Notes: a model not told the origin generated them from the sequence alone. 64,000 nucleotides of DNA from an uncultured Gammaproteobacteria bacterium (GCA_964570655.1 CAZMYU010000001.1:65454-129453); one strand, 5' to 3'; positions 43,628-52,552 are shown, counted from the stretch's first letter. Numbers and translations are program-made.

Positions 43628-44776
43628 TCAATTTTTAGACTCTATGCTCCAATGATGGCTCCAAATAGCTTCCTGGCAGCGAGCATAAATTTTCTCTCCT
43701 TTAATTTTATATTTCTTACTTTGAGGATTTTGCAGTGACCGCAAAGCTCTGATCAAATCACCCAAACCTCTTTCAATTGTATCCGGATTCCAAGAATAAG
43801 GACCAAAATTATAAGAAAAATCGTGCCCACTAGCCCACCAAAAAGTACAACTAGCTAGCCCCCGATTCAAATGCCATTTGGCCCAAGTAATATTTTCATC
43901 TTTAGCAAATTTTTCCAAAGTAGTGCTAGCCAAATACGACAATTCCCACAACAGCCGATGGACTCGATTATCAATATCTTGCCACAATTTATAAGGGTGC
44001 CCAGCCCGCAGATCTCTTTCGCTACTCTCCCAATTAGAACTAAGTGGACGAATGTCTAAAACTTTTTTACCCAGTAAATATTTAGAAATTGTCAGAGTCT
44101 TAATCTTTTTATCGCTAAGCATTTTTTCTAAGGCTCTAGTTTGATCTTCGTGTCGAAGCCCATAGAGTTCCGCATCAGTCGCACTGATTATCAATTCCTG
44201 ATTAAATTGGCGGTAAACATCCGGCAAATAACAATTAGAAAAATCGCGAGCTCGAAAAATTATTTTGAGCCCACTATCTTTATCTCTATAAACTTGTTCA
44301 AAATCAACCTGCCCCAAACGACCCTTATAACTAATCTCATCCAAAATCAACCATTTATAACCCAAAGATTTTATGAGTTCAGCCGTATCAGAGCTATAAG
44401 CCATCTCCGGCAAGAAAAAACCAGTCCGCGACCATTTGGCTCCAAAAAATTTTTTGAGTATTTTCTCCTGCTCCAAAATTTGAGCCTTAACAATCTGACG
44501 TGGGGTTAGTGGCAAGAGAGGATGATAATAAGCCGTCCCGACAATTTCAATTTGCCCCCGTTTATACAAAGCGACTAAGTCGGCCAAGATGTCAGAATAA
44601 CCCAAGTCGGCCAAACGTTCCAGCAAACATCCAGACAAATTAATAGTCCATTTAATATTTTTATATTTTTTCAAAACTAGCAGCAAGCGTCGATAACTTT
44701 TATCAACTGCTTCTTTAATCGTATAATCATCAGCATTAGCTGGCTGATAAAAATGAAGAAAATTTAACCACAACAT
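43628..44776 (-). CDS. Glycoside hydrolase family 57-like protein
   Basis: The N-terminal LNFLHFYQP.. pattern and the size/organisation are typical of GH57 catalytic domains. Adjacent to glgA. Confidence 0.7.
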   Translation of the reverse strand: MLWLNFLHFYQPANADDYTIKEAVDKSYRRLLLVLKKYKNIKWTINLSGCLLERLADLGYSDILADLVALYKRGQIEIVGTAYYHPLLPLTPRQIVKAQILEQEKILKKFFGAKWSRTGFFLPEMAYSSDTAELIKSLGYKWLILDEISYKGRLGQVDFEQVYRDKDSGLKIIFRARDFSNCYLPDVYRQFNQELIISATDAELYGLRHEDQTRALEKMLSDKKIKTLTISKYLLGKKVLDIRPLSSNWESSERDLRAGHPYKLWQDIDNRVHRLLWELSYLASTTLEKFAKDENITWAKWHLNRGLASCTFWWASGHDFSYNFGPYSWNPDTIERGLGDLIRALRSLQNPQSKKYKIKGEKIYARCQEAIWSHHWSIESKN

Positions 44777-44785
44777 GTTGTTTTT

Positions 44786-46252
44786 TTAATTATTAAGAGC
44801 TTTCCGATATAATTTAATATATTTTTTCGCCGGTATTTCCCAACTATGCGAAACCTGCATCGCCTTCATTACTAATTTTTTCCAAACATCCTGATGCTTA
44901 TAAGTTTCCAGAGCTCTAACCACTGCTCCATAAAAAGTAATCTCATCGCCAGACTTAAAAGTAAAACCAGTCCCATGATGAGTGGTCGGATTAAAATTGC
45001 TAACCGTATCATAAAGGCCTCCGATCTCCCGGACAATCGGAATACAACCATAACGCATAGCAATCAATTGGTTGATCCCGCAAGGTTCGTAATGCGAAGG
45101 CAGGACAAAAAAATCACTCCCAGCATACATCAAAGTTTCATATTTTTGATTCTTTTCATGCGACGGGATCACTATTAATTGTTTGGGATATTTTTTGGCC
45201 AATTTAAGTAGCGGGTTGATATAGGTTTTGTCACCAGTGCCAATAATAATAAACTGCAGTCCCAGCTCCATAATCTTGTCCATAAACTTAACGATGAGTT
45301 CAAAGCCTTTCTGATAGGTCACCCGAGAAGTTGAACAAATTAGCGGAACTTGCGGATCAACTACCAAGCCGAATTTCTTTTGCAAATATTTTTTGTTGCT
45401 AATTTTGGCACTAATCTTTTTATAATTATAATTTTTCAAAATAGTCTTATCTTTGAGGGGATTATAAGCATTATAATCAATACCATTAATAATGCCGAAT
45501 AATTTATCTTGACGATTTTTCAAAATCCGATGTAAATCCTGACCAAAATTAGGTGTCATAATTTCTTCTCGATACTGCTCGCTCACCGTATTAATAATAT
45601 CGGCTGAAAAAATCGCTCGCTTAGCAAAATTAATAGTTTCCAGTCGCGGATCATCTAAATGGGGTATTCGATTTTTACCAAAATCACGATCCTCCACTGG
45701 AATGCTCCACCAATTATGCCCGAGCTGAAAAGCCAAATTATGAATTGTAAAAATAGTCTTGGATTTTTTAAGAGTTTTGGAATAACGGAAATCTCTTTTC
45801 AAATAATAAGGAATAAGGCCGGTATGCCAATCATGACAATGAATAATATCGGCGTTAAATTTTAAGAGTGACAAAAGTTTGAGAGCAGCCACATCAAAAA
45901 TCAAAAACCGAGCATTCTCTTTACTTGAACCGTAAATCTTTTTGTGCTTAGAAAAATATTTGATGTTTTCAATAAAATAGACTGGCAAATCATCCATCAA
46001 ATAACCCTTGTAGTAATTCACCTCAATCTGATCCACGGAGTTTAAAAAAATCTTGACTTTGCTCAAAATCATTTTCAAATTATTTTTTTTCTTATCAATC
46101 ACTCGATCATAAAGAGGCGTAATCACAATAATGTCATGCCCCAAACGTTTTTGGGCCTTGGGCAAACTTCGCGCCACATCGCCCAGACCTCCAGTTTTAG
46201 AAAAAGGAGCCACCTCCGCGGAAATATGAGCAATTTTTAATTTCTTCGGCAT
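44786..46252 (-). CDS. glgA: Glycogen/starch synthase (GT5)
   Basis: KIAHISAEVAPFSKTGGLGDVARSLPKA, ..PSHYEPCGINQL.. Confidence 0.9.
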   Translation of the reverse strand: MPKKLKIAHISAEVAPFSKTGGLGDVARSLPKAQKRLGHDIIVITPLYDRVIDKKKNNLKMILSKVKIFLNSVDQIEVNYYKGYLMDDLPVYFIENIKYFSKHKKIYGSSKENARFLIFDVAALKLLSLLKFNADIIHCHDWHTGLIPYYLKRDFRYSKTLKKSKTIFTIHNLAFQLGHNWWSIPVEDRDFGKNRIPHLDDPRLETINFAKRAIFSADIINTVSEQYREEIMTPNFGQDLHRILKNRQDKLFGIINGIDYNAYNPLKDKTILKNYNYKKISAKISNKKYLQKKFGLVVDPQVPLICSTSRVTYQKGFELIVKFMDKIMELGLQFIIIGTGDKTYINPLLKLAKKYPKQLIVIPSHEKNQKYETLMYAGSDFFVLPSHYEPCGINQLIAMRYGCIPIVREIGGLYDTVSNFNPTTHHGTGFTFKSGDEITFYGAVVRALETYKHQDVWKKLVMKAMQVSHSWEIPAKKYIKLYRKALNN

Positions 46253-46722
46253 AACATTGAACCAGAACCGGAAATAGCCATAGCCAAAGCATCGGCCGCA
46301 TCATCGGGTCTGGGGATTTCTTTTAATTTAAGAGTTAATTTGACCATTTTTTGAATCTGCGCCTTATCAGCCGCACCATAACCGGCTACGGCTTTTTTGA
46401 TTTCGGCTGGTTTCATTTCGACAATCTTCCGACCAGCTTTTTTCAGAGTCAAGAGGACTACTCCGCGCGCCTGACCAACTATGAGAGCGGTTTTAACATT
46501 TTTGTTAAAAAATAATTCTTCAATCACCACCAGGTCAGGACAATATTTTTTGAGAATTTTAATTAATTGTTGTTCTAAAGACAGTAAACGGGCAGACAAA
46601 TTATCAGTCTTGGGGGTTTTGATTGATCCATAAGCTAGACATTCCAAATGACCACAAGTATCTTTTTGAACCAGCCCAAAACCAGTATCAGCAATTCCGG
46701 GATCAATGCCCATGATAATCAT
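46237..46722 (-). CDS. ruvC: Crossover junction endodeoxyribonuclease RuvC
   Basis: IMGIDPGIADTGFGLV.., ..VVIEELFFNKN.., ..DAADALAMAI. Confidence 0.9.
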   Translation of the reverse strand: MIIMGIDPGIADTGFGLVQKDTCGHLECLAYGSIKTPKTDNLSARLLSLEQQLIKILKKYCPDLVVIEELFFNKNVKTALIVGQARGVVLLTLKKAGRKIVEMKPAEIKKAVAGYGAADKAQIQKMVKLTLKLKEIPRPDDAADALAMAISGSGSMLCRRN

Positions 46723-46731
46723 AATGTTTAT

Positions 46732-47433
46732 TTAGGCAATATTAGTATAATAATCACTCACATCTTCATTGTCTTCCAGCTCTTCCATAATTTTTTCCAA
46801 AGTTCCAGAATCAGAATCTGGAAAATTCATCTTGTCTTTGGCTACATACTCAATTTCGGCGCTATCAATTTTGAGCCCTTGAGATTCTAAGTAATCTTTA
46901 ATTTTGTTTAAATCCTCTACCTTAGTTTGAATTTCTATTCCATCATCACTAACTATAAAATTATTAATGCCCAGGTCGATTAAAGCCAATTCTAAGTCAT
47001 CACTATTTTTGACTGCCGGCAAAATAATCACCCCCTGATATTCAAAATTCCAAAGCACACTGGCTAGAGCTCCGCCATATTTAGTAAAAGTATGGCGCAC
47101 CGTAGCCGCACTGCGATTTTTATTATCAGTAATACATTTAATGACAAACTGGGAATTAGCTGGACCAATGGCTTCATAAAACAATTCTTCCATTTGCGCT
47201 CCACCCAATTCTCCGGTGCCTTTTTTGATTGCTCGCTCAATATTGTCCTTGGGCATATTAGCGCCCCGGGCTTTATCAATAGCCGTCCGTAAATTAGCAT
47301 TAGTACTGGGATCACCACCCTTGCGAGCCGCAATCGTAATGACATTAGCTAGCTTAGTAAAAACTGCTCCGCGCTTAGCATCCACGATAGCTTTCTGCCG
47401 ATGAGTTGTCGCCCACTTAGAATGTCCAGACAT
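46732..47433 (-). CDS. yebC: YebC/PmpR-family DNA-binding regulator
   Basis: MSGHSKWATTHRQKAIVDAKRG starts at the ATG at 47433. The track ORF extends through the upstream hairpin. Confidence 0.9.
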   Translation of the reverse strand: MSGHSKWATTHRQKAIVDAKRGAVFTKLANVITIAARKGGDPSTNANLRTAIDKARGANMPKDNIERAIKKGTGELGGAQMEELFYEAIGPANSQFVIKCITDNKNRSAATVRHTFTKYGGALASVLWNFEYQGVIILPAVKNSDDLELALIDLGINNFIVSDDGIEIQTKVEDLNKIKDYLESQGLKIDSAEIEYVAKDKMNFPDSDSGTLEKIMEELEDNEDVSDYYTNIA

Positions 47434-47445
47434 AAAAAATGAATT

Positions 47446-47481
47446 GGTGTCAGGCACCAAGCAGTAAAGGTGCCTGACACC
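47446..47481. repeat. Perfect 13-bp GC-rich hairpin GGTGTCAGGCACC / GGTGCCTGACACC
   Basis: Arms at 47446-47458 and 47469-47481, with a 10-nt loop, 12 nt upstream of the yebC start. Confidence 0.85.
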
Positions 47482-47568
47482 TGGCTTTATTATATTCTTA
47501 ATTGCCAAAAAAATCAATCTAAATTATAATAAAATAGATAATAAATATCTAAAGAATCTTTAAATTAT

Positions 47569-48471
47569 ATGAATATTATTACGCTTGATCAGGCCGTTAT
47601 CCAGGCCCTGAATCTTTTTAGCCAAAATCCGGTTAAACCCAGCAAATTTTCTAAAACTGATATTATTCTGGCCGCTGGCAGTGGTAATGCTTATAATACC
47701 GCCCAAATAATTTTTGGCGAAAGCCCGGCTATTTATGCTGATGAAAGTAATTTAATAACAATTCTCAAAAAATTTCAACCACTTATCAAAACCGGACTTA
47801 TTAAGCGAGCTATTATCATTTCTGCCTCGGGTGAAAAAGATGCCGTCTGGATGACCACGGCTTGCCAAAAAAATCATCTCAGTACCGAGCTGTGGACCTG
47901 CACTCCTAATTCTTCGGCTACCAAAATTGCTAGCCACACCAAAATTTTCAAAAAAGCTTTGGAGCCTTATACCTATAACACCTCGACTTATCTGGGTATG
48001 ATTTTGGGAGCTACCCAAGAAAACCCCCAAGAAATTTTAAAGTTTATAAAAAAATTAAAAATCAAAAATCTCCGACCTTATACCTCTTATTCATTTTTGT
48101 TGCCAGACAAATTTTCGGCTATTGCCCCAATGCTCGATATCAAAAGACACGAACTCTTTGGACCCCATCTCTCTCTACGCGCTTTTAGTTTTGGAGGGGC
48201 TCGTCATGCCAAATTTGTGCACCGTGATCCTAAAGAACTAATTATCTCACTGGGTGAAACCAATAAATACTTTGGCTACAAAAATAGCACCTGGAACATT
48301 AAATTACCAAAAAATATTTCTTTTGCTGGAATATTTGCTATTAGCTATTATCTAGTTGGTCAGATTCAAAAAATAAAACCGCCTTATTTTCAAAAAGATA
48401 TCCAGGGCTTCTGCGAAGACTATGGGCCAAAGGCTTATGCCAAAAAACAAAAATTTAATTTATATGTATAA
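47569..48471 (+). CDS. Hypothetical protein (300 aa), possibly SIS-like sugar-phosphate-binding fold
   Basis: Clean ORF. IIISASGEKDAV weakly resembles the SIS S-x-S-G motif. Sits next to gpmA. The family call is weak. Confidence 0.5.
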   Translation: MNIITLDQAVIQALNLFSQNPVKPSKFSKTDIILAAGSGNAYNTAQIIFGESPAIYADESNLITILKKFQPLIKTGLIKRAIIISASGEKDAVWMTTACQKNHLSTELWTCTPNSSATKIASHTKIFKKALEPYTYNTSTYLGMILGATQENPQEILKFIKKLKIKNLRPYTSYSFLLPDKFSAIAPMLDIKRHELFGPHLSLRAFSFGGARHAKFVHRDPKELIISLGETNKYFGYKNSTWNIKLPKNISFAGIFAISYYLVGQIQKIKPPYFQKDIQGFCEDYGPKAYAKKQKFNLYV

Positions 48472-49210
48472 AATAGTCATGGTGCGTCATGGTCAAAGTA
48501 TTTTCAACAAACACAATTTGTTTTGTGGCTGGGTTGATACTGGCCTCACGCCCCAAGGCCGTCAGGAAGCCAAAGAGGCTGGCCAAATTCTCAAAGCCAA
48601 AAAATACCAGTTTGATTTGGTGATTACTTCGATATTAAATAGAAGCTGGCAAACCCTAAACTTAATACTCAAGGAATTAAAGATTAAAAAAATCCCCATC
48701 ATTCGCGATTGGCGTCTCAATGAACGACATTATGGTGATTTGCAAGGACGCCACAAAGATGAAATTCTAAAAAAATTTGGCGAAAAAAAGTTTTGGCTCT
48801 GGCGACGTTCTTATAATACTCGCCCGCCCAAGATAACTTCAACCAACCCTTATTACCAAAGTCAGTTTAACACCAAATTCAAAGATCTCCGGGTTCCCCA
48901 CAGTGAATGTTTGGCCGATGTTTACAAACGAGTAGTCCCAATGTGGCAAAAAGAAATCATTCCCGAAATCAAAGCCGGCAAAAATATTTTAATAGTCGGC
49001 CACGGCAATTCGATGCGCGCCCTGATCAAATATTTGGACAAAATTTCCGACAAAAAAATTGCGGACTTGAATTTGCCCACTGGTATCCCACTGGTTTATG
49101 AGCTAGACAAAAATTTTAAACCGACTCGCCATTATTTCCTCGGCGATCCCAAAAAAGTCGCCGCTAAAATTCAAAACATAATCGACCAAGGACATCATGA
49201 CCAAATCTAA
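48464..49210 (+). CDS. gpmA: 2,3-bisphosphoglycerate-dependent phosphoglycerate mutase
   Basis: MYKIVMVRHGQSIFN.. (RHG catalytic His), ..LNERHYGDLQG.., ..VGHGNSMRAL.. Start chosen at the ATG at 48464. Confidence 0.9.
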   Translation: MYKIVMVRHGQSIFNKHNLFCGWVDTGLTPQGRQEAKEAGQILKAKKYQFDLVITSILNRSWQTLNLILKELKIKKIPIIRDWRLNERHYGDLQGRHKDEILKKFGEKKFWLWRRSYNTRPPKITSTNPYYQSQFNTKFKDLRVPHSECLADVYKRVVPMWQKEIIPEIKAGKNILIVGHGNSMRALIKYLDKISDKKIADLNLPTGIPLVYELDKNFKPTRHYFLGDPKKVAAKIQNIIDQGHHDQI

Positions 49211-50579
49211 AACACCAAAATTACCGGCGCTCCTACCGGTATTAATCCCCCTTCTCAAATTCCTGTTGTTCCTAAGAAGATTCTTGGGTCGTTTTTTATT
49301 TTGGCTAATTATCAAGCCAGTCATTTTTGTTTTAAAGATCTTCTTTTACAGACCACTAGTTAAAATCTATGGCATCTATATTCTCAGCCACCGCAAAGTG
49401 CGAGAAATCAAAAAGTGGCAAAGCCCCCAAATATTTATTTGGAAAAAATTTGCCACTCCGATTATTTTGAGCTTGCTGGCGATTATAGTAATTGCTAACG
49501 ACGCGATTAGCCAAAGTCATCAAGACAATTTTGATAATCGCATGACCAAGGTTATTGCGGCCACACTTATCAAAAACGAGTTTGATCTGGCGGCCGCTGA
49601 AGAATTGATTACCGAAACAGCTAATCCTAATTGTCTAACAGCCCCAGAAAAATACTGGAACTCTTCGCTAGTCTTAGAAACACCTCTAAAAGCCTGGACA
49701 GTTAGTCCCCCAAATATCGAACCTGACACCCAGAGCTGTTTGGCTGGAAATGTTCCGGCTCTAATCAAAAATGTAATAATTAATAATGCTCCTTCCACCG
49801 CTGAAAGAACTAGCGTGGTTGAATATACGGTCAAAACCGGCGATACTGTTTCTTCGGTGGCCAAAAGTTTTGGAATTAATTCCAACACCGTTCTTCTGGC
49901 CAACAATCTAAGCGCTTATAGTATTTTACGAGCTGGACAAAAATTACGCATCTTACCGCAAAGTGGAGTCTTGTACAAAGTAAAATCCGGCGACACCCTG
50001 TCTTCCATTGCTAATAAACATGGCGTTACTAGCGACAAAATTTCTTTGGCCAATAATCTAGGCGAACGAACTCTCAAAATTGGCGAAGAATTATTCATTC
50101 CCGGTGCTACCAAAATCATTAGCCCGGTCACTGCTATTAGAAGCACTCAAAATTCTAGAGAAAGTGGAGCAGCGGCTATCAAAAATATTGTTAAGCCTGG
50201 AAATGTCACCCCAGTTACTGGTCGCTGGCAATGGCCAACTGGAGGTTATCGAATTTCTCAATATTTCTCTTGGAGACATACTGGCTTAGATATTGCTAAT
50301 AAAGTTGGTACGCCACTCTATGCGGCTGAAAGTGGAGTAGTAGAAAAATCTGGCTGGAACAGTAGTGGTTATGGTAATATGATTTTGATTAATGTCGGCT
50401 CAGGCAAAAAGATTCGTTATGGTCATGCTTCAAAATTGTATGTCGTGGCTGGCGAAGAAGTCGTCAAAGGCCAAGTGATTGGTCTCATGGGCTCTACTGG
50501 TCGCTCTACTGGACCGCATCTCCATTTTGAGGTAATCATTAATGGCCAACACGTTAATCCTTTAAATTACATAAGATAA
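49197..50579 (+). CDS. LysM-domain M23 family metallopeptidase (membrane-anchored)
   Basis: Two LysM repeats (YTVKTGDTVSSVAK.., YKVKSGDTLSSIAN..). M23 motifs HTGLDIA and GSTGRSTGPHLHFEV. Confidence 0.9.
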   Translation: MTKSKTPKLPALLPVLIPLLKFLLFLRRFLGRFLFWLIIKPVIFVLKIFFYRPLVKIYGIYILSHRKVREIKKWQSPQIFIWKKFATPIILSLLAIIVIANDAISQSHQDNFDNRMTKVIAATLIKNEFDLAAAEELITETANPNCLTAPEKYWNSSLVLETPLKAWTVSPPNIEPDTQSCLAGNVPALIKNVIINNAPSTAERTSVVEYTVKTGDTVSSVAKSFGINSNTVLLANNLSAYSILRAGQKLRILPQSGVLYKVKSGDTLSSIANKHGVTSDKISLANNLGERTLKIGEELFIPGATKIISPVTAIRSTQNSRESGAAAIKNIVKPGNVTPVTGRWQWPTGGYRISQYFSWRHTGLDIANKVGTPLYAAESGVVEKSGWNSSGYGNMILINVGSGKKIRYGHASKLYVVAGEEVVKGQVIGLMGSTGRSTGPHLHFEVIINGQHVNPLNYIR

Positions 50580-50599
50580 TAAAATTAATAAACAATGCT

Positions 50600-50851
50600 A
50601 TGCTAAAAATAATTGGCGGACTAGTTATGACCGGGATCGGGACCATCTTTGTTATCAAGACCGAATGGTTTTTGGAAAACTTTGGCCGCATGAATTGGTT
50701 TGAAAACAAATTTGGCACCGAAGGTGGATCACGTTTGGGTTACAAGTTGATCGGATTAGTTCTAATTTTTGTGGGGCTACTTATTGCTACCAATCTCATC
50801 GGTGGCTTTATGGCCTGGGCCCTCTCCCCTTTGACTAAATACCAGAGTTAA
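50600..50851 (+). CDS. Small membrane protein (83 aa), hypothetical
   Basis: Two TM helices flanking a WFENKFGTEGGSRLGYK loop. Confidence 0.5.
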   Translation: MLKIIGGLVMTGIGTIFVIKTEWFLENFGRMNWFENKFGTEGGSRLGYKLIGLVLIFVGLLIATNLIGGFMAWALSPLTKYQS

Positions 50852-50927
50852 AGTAAAGTAATCTCAATTATTTTTAATTTCTAATTATTAATTTTTAATT
50901 TCCCAAACCACCTTGGGTTTGGGAGAC

Positions 50928-51001
50928 GGGGATATAGCTCAGTTGGTTAGAGCGCCGGCTTTGCAAGCCGGAGGCCGTCGGTTCGAACCCGACTATCTCC
51001 A
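50928..51001 (+). tRNA. tRNA-Ala (anticodon TGC)
   Basis: GGGGATA (G3:U70)..CCGGC-TTTGCAA-GCCGG..GTCGG-TTCGAAC-CCGAC-TATCTCC-A. Leader hairpin CCCAAACC/GGTTTGGG at 50902-50923. Confidence 0.92.
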
Positions 51002-51103
51002 CCCTTCGACTCGCTTCGCTCGCTCAGGGTGTCCCACCCCCAAGATAGCGAGGCGAAGGCCCTGAGCGAAGTGAGGTCGTAAGACCGAACGGAGTCGAAT
51101 GGG
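51002..51103 (+). repeat. GC-rich structured trailer element between tRNA-Ala and GIY-YIG gene
   Basis: CCCTTCGACTC (51002-51012) pairs with GAGTCGAATGGG (51092-51103). CGCTCAGGG (51021-51029) pairs with CCCTGAGCG (51060-51068). Shares its 5' 28 nt with 16488-16515. Confidence 0.7.
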
Positions 51104-51125
51104 TTTAGATATTAAATATTCTTTA

Positions 51126-51371
51126 ATGAAATATTTTTTCTATTTAGCTCGTTGTGGTGACGGCTCCCTTTACACCGGATCATGTGAAAACATCAAAGCC
51201 AGAGAAAAAAGACATAACCAGGGCGATGGAGCAAAATTCACCAAATATAGATTACCAGTAAAAATTATTTATTTTGAGGTTTTTAATACCTTGGTTGAGG
51301 CTAGAAGAAGAGAAGCTCAAATTAAAAAGTGGCGACGGGATAAAAAGGAAAGACTTATAAAAATGAATTAA
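51126..51371 (+). CDS. GIY-YIG nuclease family protein (81 aa)
   Basis: MKYFFYLARCGDGSLYTGSCENIKAREKRHNQG.. Start moved to the ATG at 51126; the track start at 51099 lies inside the GC-rich element. Confidence 0.8.
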   Translation: MKYFFYLARCGDGSLYTGSCENIKAREKRHNQGDGAKFTKYRLPVKIIYFEVFNTLVEARRREAQIKKWRRDKKERLIKMN

Positions 51372-51391
51372 ATAAAATAAATATATTAATT

Positions 51392-51413
51392 GAGACCCGG
51401 GTCTCTTTTTTTG
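51392..51413 (+). terminator. Intrinsic terminator
   Basis: GAGACCC/GGGTCTC palindrome followed by ttttttt. Confidence 0.8.
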
Positions 51414-51440
51414 TTGCTTATTTAAATCTTCATGTCCAAT

Positions 51441-51470
51441 CAAAAACCCACCTGTTTAAAGTGGGTTTTG
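51441..51470 (-). terminator. Intrinsic terminator for the minus-strand membrane gene
   Basis: AAAACCCAC-ctgtttaaa-GTGGGTTTT, 19 nt beyond the stop at 51489. Confidence 0.7.
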
Positions 51471-51488
51471 TGTTAAGAACAAACAAAA

Positions 51489-51884
51489 TTATTTAAAGAG
51501 CCAATAAGTTATAGCGAAAGTGACTCCAAATAATAGTAGAGCTGGAATAATGGCCAGCAGAGACCAAGCCGCTATGGCGCACAAACCAAAATTAATTAAA
51601 GCAAACCCCAGGATTCGACCAAATGCCTTAGCGCCCCAAGGACCAAATTTAAACAAACGAATAAGCTTATTATGTTTATGCTTGTCAAAAATCTCAGAGG
51701 GTATCCAACTTAAAAAATAAATAAGAAAATATCCAAAGAACCCAAAAATCACCCCTAGCGCTATTTGACCCTCTCGATCAGATATAATGTTTTCAAAAAT
51801 CAAAAACCCTGAAAATGGCAAAACCGAAAGAACACAATTGAGATAAATAAAAAAGTGTAGCCCAACCCCATCCTCGTTAAACAT
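51489..51884 (-). CDS. Polytopic membrane protein (131 aa), possibly the 3' part of a frameshifted gene
   Basis: 4 TM helices. Overlaps the upstream ORF by 85 nt in another frame. A T6/A6 run at 51888-51893 lies just upstream of its ATG. Confidence 0.5.
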   Translation of the reverse strand: MFNEDGVGLHFFIYLNCVLSVLPFSGFLIFENIISDREGQIALGVIFGFFGYFLIYFLSWIPSEIFDKHKHNKLIRLFKFGPWGAKAFGRILGFALINFGLCAIAAWSLLAIIPALLLFGVTFAITYWLFK

Positions 51885-52348
51885 CTGTTTTTTAATAACT
51901 TAGCCAAGCACCACCCCAAAAAAATCATCAGTAGTAGATAAAAAATATAATAAAAATTAATTTTATCAACTAGTGGCGGAATTTTGGTAACAATTTTTAG
52001 CGTTTTAGCTTTAACATCGTAAACACCAAAATCCTGAGAATAATTCATGACCTTAGTTAACCACAAATTTTTTGAAGCGTGTCTTATGTTTTTATTCCGA
52101 TCTACGAAAATCTCCTGACCTGGTTTATTATAAATTTCCAACCACTGAATTCTGGGAATTCTTTCGTCAATTGTCAAAATAGTCTTAACATCATAAATTA
52201 AATGCCGGCCATCACTCGACAGGGCTTTGACACTATCATAGGTGACCACCCATTGATTTTCGTAAGGAACAAAAATGATTTTACTTTCAGCTTTAAAAAC
52301 CAAAACTGCAAATATCAATAACAGAAAAAAGAAATTTTTCATACGCAC
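51800..52348 (-). CDS. Secreted/membrane protein (182 aa), possibly the 5' part of a frameshifted gene
   Basis: Signal peptide (FFLLLIFAVLVFKAES), a ~130-aa soluble domain, one TM helix, then a low-quality tail overlapping 51489-51884. Confidence 0.5.
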   Translation of the reverse strand: MRMKNFFFLLLIFAVLVFKAESKIIFVPYENQWVVTYDSVKALSSDGRHLIYDVKTILTIDERIPRIQWLEIYNKPGQEIFVDRNKNIRHASKNLWLTKVMNYSQDFGVYDVKAKTLKIVTKIPPLVDKINFYYIFYLLLMIFLGWCLAKLLKNRCLTRMGLGYTFLFISIVFFRFCHFQGF

Positions 52349-52508
52349 CTCCTATTTATTAATTGAATTTAAAATTTTAATGAACAAAATTAACAATTTT
52401 TGTTAATAAAACATTAAATCATCCTTACTTCTAATTGTCAACGATTCCCAGTATTCAGCCTGCAAAAACCCCAATAAAACCGGATCTATTAAAGAGCTTT
52501 TATAGAGC

Positions 52509-52549
52509 CACTCTGGCACTCTGGTGCCTGGCACCAAAGTGCCAGAGTG
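52509..52549. repeat. Nested GC-rich hairpin
   Basis: CACTCTGGCAC (52509-52519) pairs with GTGCCAGAGTG (52539-52549), enclosing GGTGCCtGGCACC (52523-52535). Ends 3 nt before a -35 box. Confidence 0.85.
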
Positions 52550-52552
52550 ATA

